64,000 bases of DNA from the human T2T-CHM13v2.0 reference genome, Homo sapiens. The stretch lies in assembly GCF_009914755.1 (NCBI RefSeq), contig NC_060932.1. One strand, given 5' to 3'. Shown piece after piece: positions 1-17,444 of the stretch (position 1 is its first letter; the number at the start of each line of letters is the position of its first letter). A model generated the notes under the pieces. That model saw only the letters and a program-made list of their open reading frames with translations, ran no database searches and had not been told where the DNA came from. The position numbers and the translations under genes are program-made.

Positions 1-754
1 ACCTATTACCATGGTATTGCAGATGCAGAAGGCCCCATTGTCCCCAGGTGGCACATCCACGGTGTCCTCTAAAGGCGCTCCCTGCCTGTGTCTGTGCAGG
101 CCTACGTGGAGGCTGGACACACAGGTACAAGCTTGCCAGCTCTCCCTCTTGCATGTGAGGTTAGTGAGCCCCTTAAGCCTGGGCATTCCTGAGTAGCTTT
201 GTCAAAGCTGGAGCAGCCAGCGGGTGCCGGCCAGGATGTCCTGAGACGTTTCCGAGAGTCATTCATAAGGATCTAAAAGGCTGGTATGGTTCCCTCGTTA
301 CTCAATGCCCTCTCTGCCCTGATGCTTGCTTCTTTTTGCTCTCAGTAGCCTGTGGTCTTCAGGAACTGGGGGAGTTGGTGCTGAGTAAAGCCCCGAGTCG
401 GCCTTTGCTCAGCATGCATTTGCTCACAGCTCCTGCCTGCCCTCAGGTTGCCCGTGTTCAGAAGGGAGGCTGACTGGTAGAAGAGCAATGGCAGTTAGTG
501 GAAGGCGTGTTACAGTGAGGGACACCGTGTGGAGCTGCAGGTGCAGACCAGGGTGCCTAACCCAGACTTTGAGATGAGAAGAGCCTTCCTGGTGGCAGCA
601 ATGTCCATACCAAGGGAAGGGAACTCAGTCCCTGTCCTTGAGGCACTGACGTCCAGTCGGGTGCACAGGCATTTACAACATTGTGTCGTAATTTCTGCTG
701 CCAGCTATGCTGGAGTAGCTCATAGCAAGCCAACTCTCATGCAGAAGACAATTA

Positions 755-1101
<347 letters not shown>

Positions 1102-1338
1102 ATTGATCGGAGAGCTTTGTAGCGTAAATTGCAATTGGGGGGGTCAAGACCCTAGAAAGGGGAACATGATAAAGTCAGACAGACCTCCATCGCTTTCCAC
1201 CTCAGGGTGTGTTCCAATGTGGAGCATCGCAGCTTCTGCAGCTTCCTAGAGCTGGAGAGACAACCACTGGAGTTCATGGCTCCCAAGGCTCCTGGGGTTG
1301 AAGAACTCTGAGAAAAGGAGACTAAAGAGGAGAGAGCA

Positions 1339-1623
1339 GGCCGGGTGCAGTGGCTCACACCTGTAATCCCAGCACTTCGGGAGGCCGAGGCGGTTGGATC
1401 ACCTGAGGTCGGGAGTTCGAGACCAGCCTGGCCAACATAGTGAAACCCCGTCTCTACTAAAACTACAAAAATTAGCTGGGTGTGGTGGCGGGTGCCTGTA
1501 GTCCCAGCTACTCGGGAGGCTGAGGCAGGGAATTGCTTGAACCTGAGAGGCGGAGGTTGCAGTGAGCCGAGATCATGCCACTGCACTCCAGCCTGGGTGA
1601 CAGAGCGAGACTCCGTCTCAAAA
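1339..1623 (+). mobile_element. Alu (AluS-type)
   Basis: Full dimer flanked by TSD-like GAGGAGAGAGC. Confidence 0.95.
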
Positions 1624-2361
1624 GGAGGAGAGAGCCTGGCATCCTATGCAGCTATTGCCCTCATGATGTTTGCTGAATCCTGAGGTGCTCACAGGGAAGA
1701 GGCCAAAAAACCCCCCAAAAAAGTGGTTGCTGAGAGAATAAGCTGAAGTTTCAGTAGTCTCAAGATGCCATGGGAAAAAAATGGAAGTTCAGAGCTATTG
1801 AAGGAAAATCGGCCTGTAAACAGCCCTGGTTTTCTTTGGAGACTCCTGTAAACACTGCATCTCAAATGGCTGCTCCAGCCCAGGCTTCTTGTTTCACAAG
1901 AAAGATGAATCCTTAATGGTTAAGCCACTAGGATGCGTTGCTGATACATGTAGCAGACTAAAATCCTAACTGGCACAAAGGCCAGTTTATGGGTACCTCC
2001 TCCAGTAAGCCTTCCTGGATTCCCCTGCCAGATTTAATCTTGTGATCTGTGTTCTTATCACACATGCTTGGTTCTCTTATCATCACGGTGAACATACATT
2101 GTGCCTCCAAATCATGAGGTATATGTGTCCAACCTCAAAATAAACATAAACTATGCCCTAGGATTAAGGTCAATCCTCACAAAGTCTGAAATTCAGCCTC
2201 AGTTTCTCTCATTTCCTAGTTTACACCAAGTAATCTCTCCTAACTCTAACTGCCAGCAAGAAGAAAATTAAACCATTTCTGTGGGAAGATAAAATCCTCC
2301 AGAGCTTCTGTGATTTTTTTAAAGACAGAATCTGATGTTCAATAGAAAATTACCAGGCATA

Positions 2362-2670
2362 GGCCGGGGACGGTAGCTCACGCCTGTAATCCCAGCACTT
2401 TTGGAGGCCGAGGTGGGTGGATCACGAGACCAGGAGTTTAAGACCAGCCTGGCCAAGATGGTGAAACCCTGTCTGTACTAAAAATACAAAAATTAGCCAG
2501 GCACGATGGCAGGCACCTATAATCACAGCTACTCGGGAGGCTGAGGCAGAGAATTGCTTGAACCCTGGAGGTGGAGGTTGCAGTGAGCCGAGATCACGCC
2601 ACTGCACTCCAGTGTGGGCGAGAGAGCGAGACTCCGTCTCAAAAAAAGAAAGAAAGAAAGAAAGAAAGAA
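2362..2670 (+). mobile_element. Alu (AluS-type)
   Basis: Dimer with TSD AGAAAATTACCAGGCATA on both sides. Confidence 0.95.
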
Positions 2671-2838
2671 AATTACCAGGCATATCATCAAACAGAGCCA
2701 ATGAAAGAAAAGCAAGAGGAAAAAACCAAACCAAACCCAGACAATGAAAAATAACCCACAATATTGGATTTGAAAATACTGTGATTAATGTTTAACATAT
2801 AGATATCAAGATGGAGAGTTTTCAAAAACTGGAACTTA

Positions 2839-3158
<320 letters not shown>

Positions 3159-3444
3159 CAAATAGAAGTTGTAGAACTAAAAAATATAACAACTAAAACC
3201 AATAGCTCAATATACGGATTTAACAACAGATTAGGCACAGTAGAAAAGAGGATTAATGAAGTAGAATCTAGGTGAGCAGAAATGTTCACACTGAAGCATG
3301 GGAAGAATAAATAGGATGAAAAATATAGACAAAAACATCAGGGAAATATGAAGCATTGTGAAAAAGTTTAACATATGTCAATTACAGTCCCAGAAGAAAA
3401 GGAGAGAGTAAGCCAGAACCAATATTTGAAGAAATAATGGCTGT

Positions 3445-3765
3445 GGCTGGCCATGGTGGCTCACGCCTATAATCCCAGGATTTTGGGAGGCTGAGGCAGG
3501 AGGATTGCTTGAAGCCAGGAGTTCAAGACAAGCCTGGACAACAAGGCTCTCTTTTAAGAGAGCTGCCTCTATTAATTTTTTTTTTTTAATTAGCTAGGTG
3601 CAGTGGCCTGTGCCTGTAGTCCCATAGTCCCAGCTACTTTGGAGGCCGTAGTCAGAAGATCACTTGAGTCCAGGAGTTCCAGGCTGCAGTGAGCTATGAG
3701 GGTGCCACTGTACTCCGGACTGAGCAACAGAGTGAGACTCTGTCTCTAAAAGAAAGAAAGAAAGA
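3445..3765 (+). mobile_element. Alu (AluJ-type)
   Basis: Diverged dimer with GGATTGCTTGA / GCTGCAGTGAGCTATG J-type motifs. Confidence 0.9.
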
Positions 3766-3867
3766 AATAATGTCTGAGGCTGAGCATTTCCAAATTAACA
3801 AGACATCAAGCCACAAATGAAAGAAACTCTTAATTTCAAACAAGGTGGATAAAAAGAAGGTCACAGT

Positions 3868-4162
<295 letters not shown>

Positions 4163-4191
4163 TCACAGTGAAGCATGTCATTGCCAAACTA

Positions 4192-4565
<374 letters not shown>

Positions 4566-5121
4566 AAAACGACTGCAAATCTAGAATTCAAACTAAGCTA
4601 AAATGCAGTTGAAAATGAACAAGAAATAAGGATATTTTTAGATAAACCAAAGCTGTCAGGATTTGTCACCAGCAGGTCCACATTAGAAGAAACACTAAAG
4701 AAGGCAGAAGGAAAATTATCCCAGATGAAAGTAATAATGCTAAAAGAAATAGTGTCCAAAAAAGTAAATATATAGATAAAACTAAGTGAATATTAACTGT
4801 TTCTAACAATGACAGTAACATCTTACGGGATTTAAAACATACATAGAATAAAAAGAATTAACAACAGTACAAAAGTTAGGAAAGGGGTGCATGGAGTTAA
4901 ATTTCAACATTCTCATATTATCTGGGAAGTGATAAATGATTTTAAAAAGTTATGGTAATGTCTTAAAACTCAAGGTGCATGTTGTAACTCCTAGAATAAC
5001 CATCAAAAGATAAATAATAGGATGCATAACTAATCTGATAAAGGGAGAAATAGAATAACAAAAGATGTTTAAATAACCAAGTAAAAGGGCAAGAAAGGGG
5101 GATAAAGGAATGTAGAGGACA

Positions 5122-5427
<306 letters not shown>

Positions 5428-5476
5428 TTAAACCCAAAAATATCAGTAATTGCATTAAATGTAAATGAACCAGTAA

Positions 5477-5793
<317 letters not shown>

Positions 5794-6256
5794 CTGCCAG
5801 GCCGGTTTAAAAGAAAACACCACCACCCCAACTATTTGCTATTTTCAAGAGATGCATCTGAAGTATAAGGATACAGAAAAATTGAAAGTAAAAGGATGAA
5901 TAAAATATACTATGCATGCAAACATACACGCACACATACATATGTGCATATATGCATGTGCACACACACACACAGAGAAAGAAGAAAGAAAGGAGGCAAC
6001 TGGTGTAAACTATTATCAGACAAAATTGACCTTAGGAGATAAAGAGATATTTCAAAAGAAAAAAATGGTCATTCTAACAGTAAGATATAAAACCCCAAAT
6101 CTGCATTCACCTGATAACACAGCCTCAAAAGATATAAAGCAAACACTGACAGCCTAATAGGTTAAGGAGTGTAATACAGGACAGAGGAGTCAGCAACTAA
6201 CTTTTGCTAGGAACGTGAATGGAGGCTTCACTGAGGAGGAGCTATTTGAGCTGGCT

Positions 6257-6578
6257 TGCTATGGACTGAATGTGTGGACCCCCAAAATTCCTATGTTGAA
6301 ATCCTAATCCCAATGTGATGATTTTAGAAGGTGGGGCCTTTAGAAGAGAGAAGAGCTTTCCTGAATGGGATTAGTGTCCTTATAAGAAGAGACACAGGAG
6401 AGATGATCCTGGCTTCTGCCACCTTTGCACTAGGAAGTAAGCTCTCACCAGACACTGGATCCACTGGCACCTTGATCTTGGACTTCCCAGCCTCCAGAAC
6501 TGAGAGAAATAAATCATTGTTGTTTAAGCCATCCAGTCTATGGTATTTTTGTTACAGCAGCCCCAGTGGACTAAGACA
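6257..6578 (+). mobile_element. MaLR solo LTR (MLT1A-type)
   Basis: TGCTATGGACTGAATG start, CTTGGACTTCCCAGCCTCCAGAACTGAGAGAAATAAA, GACTAAGACA end. Confidence 0.88.
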
Positions 6579-7545
6579 TGGGTCTTCAAGAATGTCTAGG
6601 CATTTTCTAGGTGAAAATGGCAACAGGAATAATAAGAACTGCTATTTCCTGATTTATTTACCTATACCATTTCACGACAATCTTAAAACAATCCTGCAGT
6701 GTGCGCACCATTAAGTCCCCAGCAGATAAATGATACTGAGGCCAAAAGAGGTGAAGAAGTTTGATTCAGATGATGAAGGAAGTGAGTGATAGAGTCAGGA
6801 TTTGAACTGAGATCTATCCACTTCCAAAGCCGAGGTGTTTTGTCTTTGGCCATTCTGCCTCTGTGCAGACGCATTGCATTTGTTTGTTGTATCATGGGTT
6901 TGACTTGTGTCTGAAGCATTTATTTGAGGAAGACAAGAGTTGAGCAGCCATGATTATGTTATGAATTATAATGTTCCCAAGTTAAAAAGAAAACATTGTT
7001 AGATGGTATAACAACAAAAGCATGTGTTATCAATGAGAACTCATAAATCTGTAACAGGTGGCTTCACTGAAAGTCTTAGCGGAGACATCAGCCAAAGCAT
7101 GCATGTCCCAGAATATGTACTGATATGCTTACTGTCATCTAATGGCAACATATGATAATTGCAGGGAAAATATACAAGAAAAGAGAAAATAAAGCTTTAG
7201 AGTGTAGTAACCAAAAACCTAAAGCCATAAAATGACAGTGAACATTGGAACCTGACATCAAGTTGTTTAATAAATATTTGTTGAATGAATAATTCATCGC
7301 CAAGCTGTTATGTCAGCTGGTTTTGTTTCACAATCTCCATGATTTATTTTTCCCCTTATTTTAAAAGTAAAATTGTTTTTTCTTGCTTTTAGAAATGTTA
7401 AAAAGACCAAAAAAAAAAAGTAAAAGTAAGAAATAGCAAACATCCATCATTTCAATACTTCCAGAATCAATTCTGGTCAACAGTCTTAATATGTTTTCTT
7501 CCAGTAGTGCTCCATAAGAAAAATTATCAGAATTTGTTGTTTTAA

Positions 7546-7886
<341 letters not shown>

Positions 7887-8046
7887 TCAAGCCAAAAATA
7901 GTCCATAAAAATTAAAATTTTCAAGAATAAAAGTGATACCTATTCATTACATATACTGAAATCAAAACATGCTGAAAATCCCAAAGTTAGAAGTTAAAAA
8001 AAAACCCAAATCCCACCAGCCAGAGATAACCATTAATATTTGGTGA

Positions 8047-8450
<404 letters not shown>

Positions 8451-8755
8451 AGATTTTGGATACTCTTTTAAATTTAATTTTACTTGAATTTAACAGAAGG
8501 AAGTAAAAGGGAAGTCAATGGAGTTATTGGATTCACATAAATATTTCTTCTATATGAGACATAGTGTCCCAAAAACATTCCTCTAAGTTTAAGAAAAGAA
8601 ACTGTGAAAACATTAACAGGTTGAAGTCATTATGACTTTTTTCAAGGATTCATTTCTACTTTGATTTGTATAGACTGACTTCTTGCTGTGAAAGCTGAGT
8701 TAACTGGCCCTACCACACTGGTGTGAACATACAGTTCTTAAGATAATGAAATCCT

Positions 8756-9330
<575 letters not shown>

Positions 9331-9896
9331 TTAGAAAGCTTGAAAGCTGCTGCTCCAGCTTGGCCCTCAGGGCCCTGCAGCTTGCCCAGCCCTCGAGTCT
9401 CAGAGAATGGAGCCCTTGCTGCCCTTTCTGCCTGAGCACTCACAGCTCATTAAGAAGTGGAAGCACACGTCTGCAATCACCGTGTAATTACCTTGCTTCC
9501 TAATTGGCAGCAGACAAGGCCGGCAGGTGTGGCAAACCCCCGGTAAGCTGGCTCCAGTAGGTTGAGGCAGAGGGTGCCTGGACTGCGGGAAGGGAGTGGG
9601 CTTCTCTCAGGCCCCAGTTCTGTGCCCCGCCCTGCGCCCAGAGCCCCACACTCAGGATCTTCACCGATCTCTTGAGGGGGGTGGTCCTCTCCTCAACTGA
9701 GGCCGAGAAGTACGCATCTGCCCGAGACCCCACCCGTCAGTGGGGTGGCCTAGATGTGAACCTGGGGCTGCCTCATGCCCAGACTTGCTGTTCCCGCCCA
9801 GGCCGCACAGAGGGAAGGAAAGACGTAGGCAGGGGTTGGAGCCGAGGAGCTCGGGGTACACCTTCGTTGCTGCCTTTGGAGACAGACACCCCAAAA

Positions 9897-10003
9897 CACG
9901 ACTCAGCACTTTTGCATCCCCCCCACCCCGCCGTGCAGCAGGGCCAGGCATGACCCAGCACTTTTGCATTATCCCCCCGCAGCCCGTGCAGCAGGGCCAG
10001 GCA
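9897..10003. repeat. Two-copy ~52-bp tandem duplication
   Basis: CA(C/T)GAC(T/C)CAGCACTTTTGCAT...CCGTGCAGCAGGGCCAGGCA occurs twice. Confidence 0.85.
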
Positions 10004-13000
10004 CAGGAAGGTATGTGGAGTGGATGAGTAGGGGGCCTGGGGAGAATGAGCCCCCCACTGGCGCTCCAGAGAGCTGGCTGTGTGGTCTGAAGCAGAGGGT
10101 CTTGAAGTCCGATGACCTGGGTTTAACTCCCAGCTCTGTCCCTCATCCCTGCGGCCTCAGGCAGCTCACTTTTGTGAGCCTCGGTTTACCCTTCTGAAGA
10201 TATAGCTGTTTACCACCTCATGGTAGGGCAGTTAGGGGGTGCTCCGAGGACCCCAACAGGGACTCCACCAGTGGCAATGTTCATTACTTGGTGAGCCAGG
10301 AAATACCAAGCCGAGCTTCTGTTTACCTTCCCACAGCTCACTGTGTGCATGTCATATGCGTTGGGGTAGGAAGGAGGTCTCCAACTGTGCCCCCCGACCG
10401 GGTCAGGGACTTCAGCTATGCTTTGTGGAAGCGGGAGAGGCCACAGGTCAGGACTCAAACCAAGAAGCAGACCCCATGGAATGGGTGTCTGTGAATAGGC
10501 ACGTGCTCGGTGGTGGGGGCAGCCTGTGGTCCCTAGATAGCTGCCATCCTGAGTCTCGCTGAAGCTCTGGGTCCACAGGACAGGTAGGCAGGGAGGGACG
10601 AGGGAGGACACATGGGCGAGAGGGAGAACAAGCCGGAACCACAGGTATGAGCTGGAGCCAGCGGCGTAGGCTGAAACCCGTGTCTGCCAGTGACCTGGGT
10701 GGTGTGGGCGCCCTGCTTGAGCCTGGCCTCTGTCACACAGCTAAACACACCTGGCACAAGAATGGGACAAGGGAAAGGTGGGCCAGTTGTGGCCCGCCAC
10801 TGCCTCACGCCAGGGAGGCGGCAGGCAGATCAGCAGCGACATGTATGAGCGACAAACTGCTGCTGCCACTTTCACCTCCTCCCTCCAAATCTACGGGAGC
10901 GGCTCCTGTGGCCCCTCCTAACCAGAAATGTGCAGGGACCGGGGAGCTCATGAGGCGAGCTGCTCCCCACAGGAGGAGACCTCCATCCTGCAGCCACCCA
11001 GCAAAAGGTGTTCTGAAGCAATACTTCTGGGGTCATTAGTGGCTCCTTTGAGCTGCCCCGTGGGAGGGCCAAGGGCTCAGTGCTGGGCACGAGGACCTTT
11101 GCCTCAGTCACCTGTCCCTGCCTTGTCCCCAACCAGACATTGGGGGTCCCCGCCATGTTCACTTCTACCATATTTCCAAGCCCACCCCCTTCTCTCTGCC
11201 CCACAGCCCTACCCCAGACCAGTCCCACCCTAGCTCAGCCCCACGGCGGCCCTCCAGGACTGGGGCACTGTGTCCTCACACCGAGGCTACAGCTGGACCC
11301 TGTCACTTCCCGCTTTTGCATTTATAACAGTCCCAACTGCAGCAGTGGACACCCTGCCATCAGAATCTGCTGGGGAGCTTTTCCAGAGTGTGGGTGTCAG
11401 TCCCACCCTGGCCTACTGGATCGGAACCCAAAACCAAAAGCCCTGCCTCAGCGAGCAAGTTCAAAGTCATTGGCCCAAAGGAAAAACTCCAAGTCCTTTG
11501 TTGGTCATTCAGGTACCTTGAGATTTTGGCTTGCATCTTCATCTCCAGCCTGATCCCTTGCCCCAATCCCAGACCCCACACCCCATGTTCCATTTGCCCT
11601 AAACTCCTGATGCCTGGGTCACACCCACATTTTTGCTCACACTCTCCTTGCTGTCCAGAACATCTTCTCCCCAGCAACTTTCCTTGTGGCAAACTCCTAT
11701 TCACATTCCAAGGCACTACTCAAAGGTCACCTCCTCTGTGCAGCCCTCCCTGATTGCTCCCACAGCCACACTCCTACCTCACATTCATTTTCAGTGCTTT
11801 CCACTTTGTTTTGTGCCATGTGGTTCTCATGTCTGACTCCCTACTAGACTGGCAACTTTTCGAGGGCAGGGGCCTGACTCCCTGTATAGTACCCAGAGCA
11901 AGGTCTGGCACAGAGTAGTGACGGAGTGAATGAGCAAATGAATAAATAACCAAACTGCAACTTTGGGTGCGGGGCCTAGCTAGTAGGAAGTGCAGATTGG
12001 TTGAGGGCAGGTGGAAGACAGAATCACTGTGTCTTTGCCACACCTGCCCTCGAGGGCCAAAGGCTCCAGAGAAGGTGGAGAGCTCGGGTAGTCAGCTGTT
12101 AATTTTCTTTTTATTAAAAAAATATATATAATCTGTGCTCTTGGTAAAAATTCAAATCGTTATGGAATTGTGCAAAGTAAAAGCTGCCAGTTCTTCACTC
12201 CCCGCCCACAGTCCCCTTCTGTTTCAGAGGTAACCTCTGCCGGGGAGACTGGTTTTTAGTGGAAAGTTTTGGGAACCTGACAGGTCTGACCGGTTTCTCC
12301 CCCCACTTGAGCTGGGGCCACCACGGGCAGCTCTCAGTGACCTGTGGCTGAGATCTTATGTGTCCTTCAGCCCCAGGTCCCTCTCAGAGCTGTCTGTGCC
12401 CCTTCCTCTATGCCCGGGTGGCCAGCACCAGTCAGGTCGGCTCCACAGCAGCAGAGTCTGACTGTTGCCAGTGACTTCACCTCTCTGACCTGCAGTCTCT
12501 TCATCAGTCTCTTACTTGTTACTCTTCATCCTTGCTGCCAGGGTGGTCATGAGGGCTGACTGAGGAACAGGCTGTGCACACGCAGCTCAGGACCTTGGTA
12601 AATATTCCTGCTTCGTTCCCTCTTCCACCTCAAGCCCACCCTGTGATGCAGGCTTTGAGGTGGGCCTTCCCATGCGGAGTCCTGGAGAGGTCGGGGTGAA
12701 TGCATGCCTCAGAAAAGCCCCTTAGCCTGGAGAGAGCCTGGTGTTCATTCATTCACTCCACGCATTCCCCAAGCACCCACTCTGGACCCTTGGAGAACAG
12801 AGCTGAGTGAGCTGGGACCCCTAGGGAGGAGCCCGTCATTGGTCAGGAACCTGCTAGGCTGCAAAGGGCTGAGATCTGTGCCGGGAGATGTGGGTGCAAC
12901 GATGAGAAGGACCAGCATGCCTGGGATCTGTGTGAATGTGGAAGGATAACCGCAGGGACTTACATCTCATCAGCTCCCTCTTTCTCCCCCTTCCTTCCTC

Positions 13001-13994
13001 ACATCCCAGTGAGAGCATCAGGCCTGCCAACAACCCCATGGTACAACAAGAAAATGGCTGTGCTGGAGGTAGGTGCAGAGCCTCCGGGAAGGTTTCCCAG
13101 TGGACTCGAAGCTGGAGCTGGGACCTGAAGGATGAGGAAGGGCATTCTGGTTGAAGGAACTGCATGTGGGAAGGCACAGAGGCAGGAAAAAACCTGCCTG
13201 CTCTGGGAACCACCAGTGGTTTCTCGTCGGTGGGTGGTGAGGGGCCCCTGCGGGGTCTGGAGCCATTAGCCCAGGAAGTCGGGGCTCCCCCAGCTGGTTG
13301 CTCCTTGGCTGTTTTGGGAGGAAGCGGCCCTGGACCTCAGACTGCACAAAAGGAGGCTTTGACATTGGTTGGGAGAAGGGAAGTCAGGAGGGAGGAAGGA
13401 GCTGGTGTGTATTTTTGGATGTAGCTCAGGAATCTGCTCCTCCCTCCAGCACCATGGCAACAGGCCTCTGAGAACTGCTGATCTGACGGTGGGGGCGGGC
13501 TGGGGGTGGAGGGCAGCTCTGTGGCCCTGGGCGAGTCGATTCCCCTCTCCGAGCCTCAGTTTGGGCATCTGTTTTGTGGGGATGGCCATACGGGTGGGGC
13601 GGTGGCTGGGAGGAGTCCCAAGGGGCCAGACCCATAGTGGTTAGCTCCTCGGAAACATTTTTAGGGGGAGGGAGGGGGCTGCAGGAGCATCCTGGGTGGT
13701 CCCGAGTCCAGAAGGTTTGGCAAGGCCATCAGGAGTCCTTGAGCCTAAGTGGCCCCTCAGAGTCGGCCTGCACCTCTCAGGACCGGGCCTGCCTCGGTGG
13801 CCCCACTGCACCCAGTTTCCAGCCAGGAGCCCCCGTGGGAGGCAGGATGGCAGCTGGGTCCCGCAGCCCCTGAAGCCGGAGGGCTGGGCGGCAGGTCCTC
13901 ACAGCCGCCCCTGCACAAGCGCACCCCCAAAGCTCCAGGGCTTTTGCTGTTTCTAGAACTCCACCAGAGCAGGAAATGGGGGGATGAGCCCCAT

Positions 13995-14410
13995 ATTTGT
14001 TTCCCAGGGTTGTCATTAAGAAACTGCCACAAACCGGCTTAAAACAACAGAATTTATCTCTTGCAGCCCTGGACGCCGGAAATCTGAGATGAAGGTGCCG
14101 GCAGGGCCCTGCCCCCTCTGAAGTCTCTGGGGGAAGCTTCTTTGCCTCTTCCAGCTTCTGGTGGCTCCATGCACTGCTGGGCTCGTGGCTGCCTCCCTCT
14201 GGTCTCTGCCCCGGTCTGCACGTGGCCTTCCCTGCGTGTTTCTGTGTCCTTGCTGCTGCTTAGAAGCACAGCAGCCATTGGATTAGGACCCACTCTCATC
14301 CAGCATGGCCTCATCTTAACTCATTACGTCTACAAAATCTCCATTTCCAAATAAGGTCCCATTCTGGGGTCCTGAGTCACACGGCGGGGACACCATCAAC
14401 CCATCCTAAG
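13995..14410 (-). mobile_element. MaLR LTR (MLT1C-type)
   Basis: GGCTTAAAACAACAGAATTTAT...TGCCTCTTCCAGCTTCTGGTGGC...TTTCCAAATAAGGTC. Confidence 0.85.
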
Positions 14411-16539
14411 GCCTTCTTGGGCAGCCTCAGGGGGAAGCCGGACCAGCCTTAAGTGAAAGTGGAGGGTTCCAAGGATCCTACAAAGGGGCCCTGACCCAGT
14501 CGGTGGGCAGCAGGGGACAGAGTGGACGTGGAACTTGTAGACAGACAGAACGATGCACAGGACTCACCCCCACCACCAGAGGTCTGTGTGCAGAGACGAC
14601 AGAGGGCAGCGTCCCTCCCACTGCCCATCACCCATGGAGTGTGGAAAATCCCGGTCAAGACAGCAGCCCGGGCCGTGAAATCGAATCTGGGGGTCCCAAG
14701 CATCGGCGTTTGTGCAGCTCTTGGTGGTTCCAAAGTCAGCCAAGATCTCGGTTCTGGGCCGCCAGGGGCTCTGGAGTCAGACACCTCGTGTCTAAGTCTC
14801 CACCAGTTACTGACCGAGCGACCTCAGCAGTACGTTCACCGCTCCGGGTGTCCCTGTCCCCTGTGGATGGCATCATTGCCTCCCTTATGGAGATGAGAAG
14901 AATCAAACGGGAACGTTGGCTCCGTGCCTGTCACGAGGGAAGTGCTTGATAGACGGTGCCCTTCTGCGCCACGTAGAGAGAAAACCGAGGGAGCCTCATT
15001 TAAACTGCAGGCCTGGGAAGGCCTGTGGACTTTCAGGGAAGCTGAGAAGGGGCCCTGGCACCGGTCTGCATGCCAGCTGGGCAGGGCAGGGTGGGCCTGG
15101 TGCATATACCTGGGGCCACACAGCAGGGCCTCATGCTTCTTTTTTGGACCCACTTGACGGATGGGGAGACTGAGTTCAGAGAGGCCAAGTGGCTTGCCAG
15201 GGTCACGCAGCTGATACACAGCAAATGGATTTTAAACCCACCTGACCGCAATTCCAAGCATTGTTTTCTTGGGTCAAACCTTGGGAGCTCAAAGGGTGAT
15301 CCTGACCTGTGATGGCTCCATTTTATGCAGAATATTTTGTTTTGTTTTTTAATTTGCCTGTTTACTCTAATGTTCCCAGTCGTTTTCCTCCCAGGGATCC
15401 TCACTCACAAGTGGACTCTGACGGCCTCGGGGGCTCAGATTTCACAATCGGCTAAGGCTAACATAAGGCCTTCCAGGTTACAAGGCTGAAAGTTATTTTC
15501 CATCATTCATTTGTTCACTTTACATAACATGCACCTATTGAGCACCTGCTGTATACTGGGAACCAAGTTAAACACCAGGTTTGCAGAGGTGGACAAGGCC
15601 CTGTTCCTGCCTCCAGGGTCTCCAACCCATCAGGAGACGCAGGCCCTTTGACAGACACTGGTGATAAAATGACAGTGGAGGTCTGTTCAAGATACAGGCA
15701 AGTTGGATGGGTGGGGTGGGAATGCCCACTGCCCTTGAGGGTGGGCAGGGGACAGAGGTGTCATTTACGGTGGGTGTCAAGGAGTTTGGTTCAGAACAAG
15801 AGCAAAGGCGTGTGCCCCAGGATGTGGGACAGCACGTGGGAAGACAAGGTGAGGCAGACTTTGGGGACTATCAGGGGCTCCAAGTGGTTGGTGTTGGGGG
15901 TGTCGAGAAGTGGAGGTGGAGGCCAGGACAGGACAGGGGCTGGGTGAGAGGCTAGTGCAGACAGGCAGAGGGAGGCATGGCAGGGCAGTGATGGGAGGAG
16001 GAGGGCCGCTGGGGTAAGGTGTAGTCTCAGTAGTTCCGTGGGTCTGGCTGCTTCCCAGGAGCTGACTAGACCCTCATGGCCAAGTTCATAGTCCTATGCA
16101 GTCTGACCTTAGCCTGCCTGCCCAGCCCAATCCCTCTGCAGCTGCCGCTCACACCTTCCAGCCGAGAACATCTTCCCAGCTAGGAAACCGTCACACCTGT
16201 ACACCTTTGCACCTGCTTGTCCCCTCACTCCCTGGGGCATGCCCACCCGTGCATCAGTTGAAGCCCAAATGTGCCATCATCTGAGAAACATTCCCAGTGT
16301 CCCCACAAAAAGAGGCTGGTGCCTCCTCTCGGCCACTGCAGCCTGGACATCTGCCTATTCATTCATGCTGTCGCCACACTGCACTGCCATGGCTCATGTA
16401 TGTGAGTTTCCTCTTCCCTGCTGTTGAGTGTAGGCTTCTTAATTATCTCTATATATCACTAGCCCCTAGGAACAAGGTTCGCCACACAGTAGCTGCTCAG
16501 GGCTTTTGATGAAAGAAGGAATGAGATTGCTGGCAAGGT

Positions 16540-16990
16540 AGGTGGGGGGATGGTGGGATGGATGGATGGATGACTGGATGGAGAGAGGATGGAAGGATGG
16601 GTGGTGATAATGGATAGTTGGATGGGGAAGTGGAGGGATCATGGATCTCTGGCTGGGTGGATAAGTGAATAGGTGGGTGGATAGGCAGGTAGGGAGGTGA
16701 TGGATAGGCGAATAGGTAGATAGACAGATGGGGGAGGGGATCATTGTGGATAGATAGGTAGAGGAGGAATGGTGAATACATAGATAGGCAGACAAGTGGG
16801 TGGGTGGCTGGATAGGTGGGGAGGTGGGTGGTAGATGGATAAAGGAGTGAGTGGGCAAGTTGTACTTTTTGAACCAATTTACATCTGGGCAACACAGTAA
16901 GAATAAAGGATTATGACCAAGGACAAAAGTTGCTGGGTTAGATTTCATGGAGGAGTAGGTGGATGGATGATGGGTGGGAGAGGACAAACG
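16540..16990. repeat. Degenerate (GGAT/GGGT)n simple repeat
   Basis: Repeated GGATGGAT/GGGTGGAT/AGAT units. Confidence 0.85.
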
Positions 16991-17444
16991 ATAGGCTGGT
17001 GGGCTCTGTCATGATTCCCCCAAATGGGGATGCAGCAAGTCCAGTTCCAGCTGGTTCCAAGGGACGGACTCAGGTAGATGGGACGGGTGCTGATCATAAT
17101 CCCAAAGACACAATCCCGATGCCGTGATCCCAAACACTGAAACCCCAAAAGGTCAAAATCTCCAAAGTCTAAATCCCCCAAATCACAATTCCAAGAGGTT
17201 AAAATCTTGAATGTTGAAATCTTGAAAGCCAAATTCTGAGGAAAGGATCAGTGCGTTTTCGGTTGTACACGAGATAGTTGCACCATGTTCACTGCATCAA
17301 GTTAGGCGAGCTAGTGCCTTGTTATTGTCTTTATTTGGAAATAGCATGGTTTAAGGAGACGTGTATGGGTGCCGAGTTGACAATGGGTGGATTTGCGGAC
17401 TTTATTTCAGGTGTTGACTTGGCTGGATTAAGGAATCTGGGCGT

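Noticed and set aside
13445-13465. REST/RE1-like or RFX-like motif CCAGCACCATGGCAACAG
   Set aside because: The RE1 right half (GGACAG) is broken and only half an X-box matches. Too weak without data.
15361-15480. Possible exon after acceptor TTTTCCTCCCAG (15394)
   Set aside because: No strong matching donor or coding signal. Isolated splice-like motifs are common.
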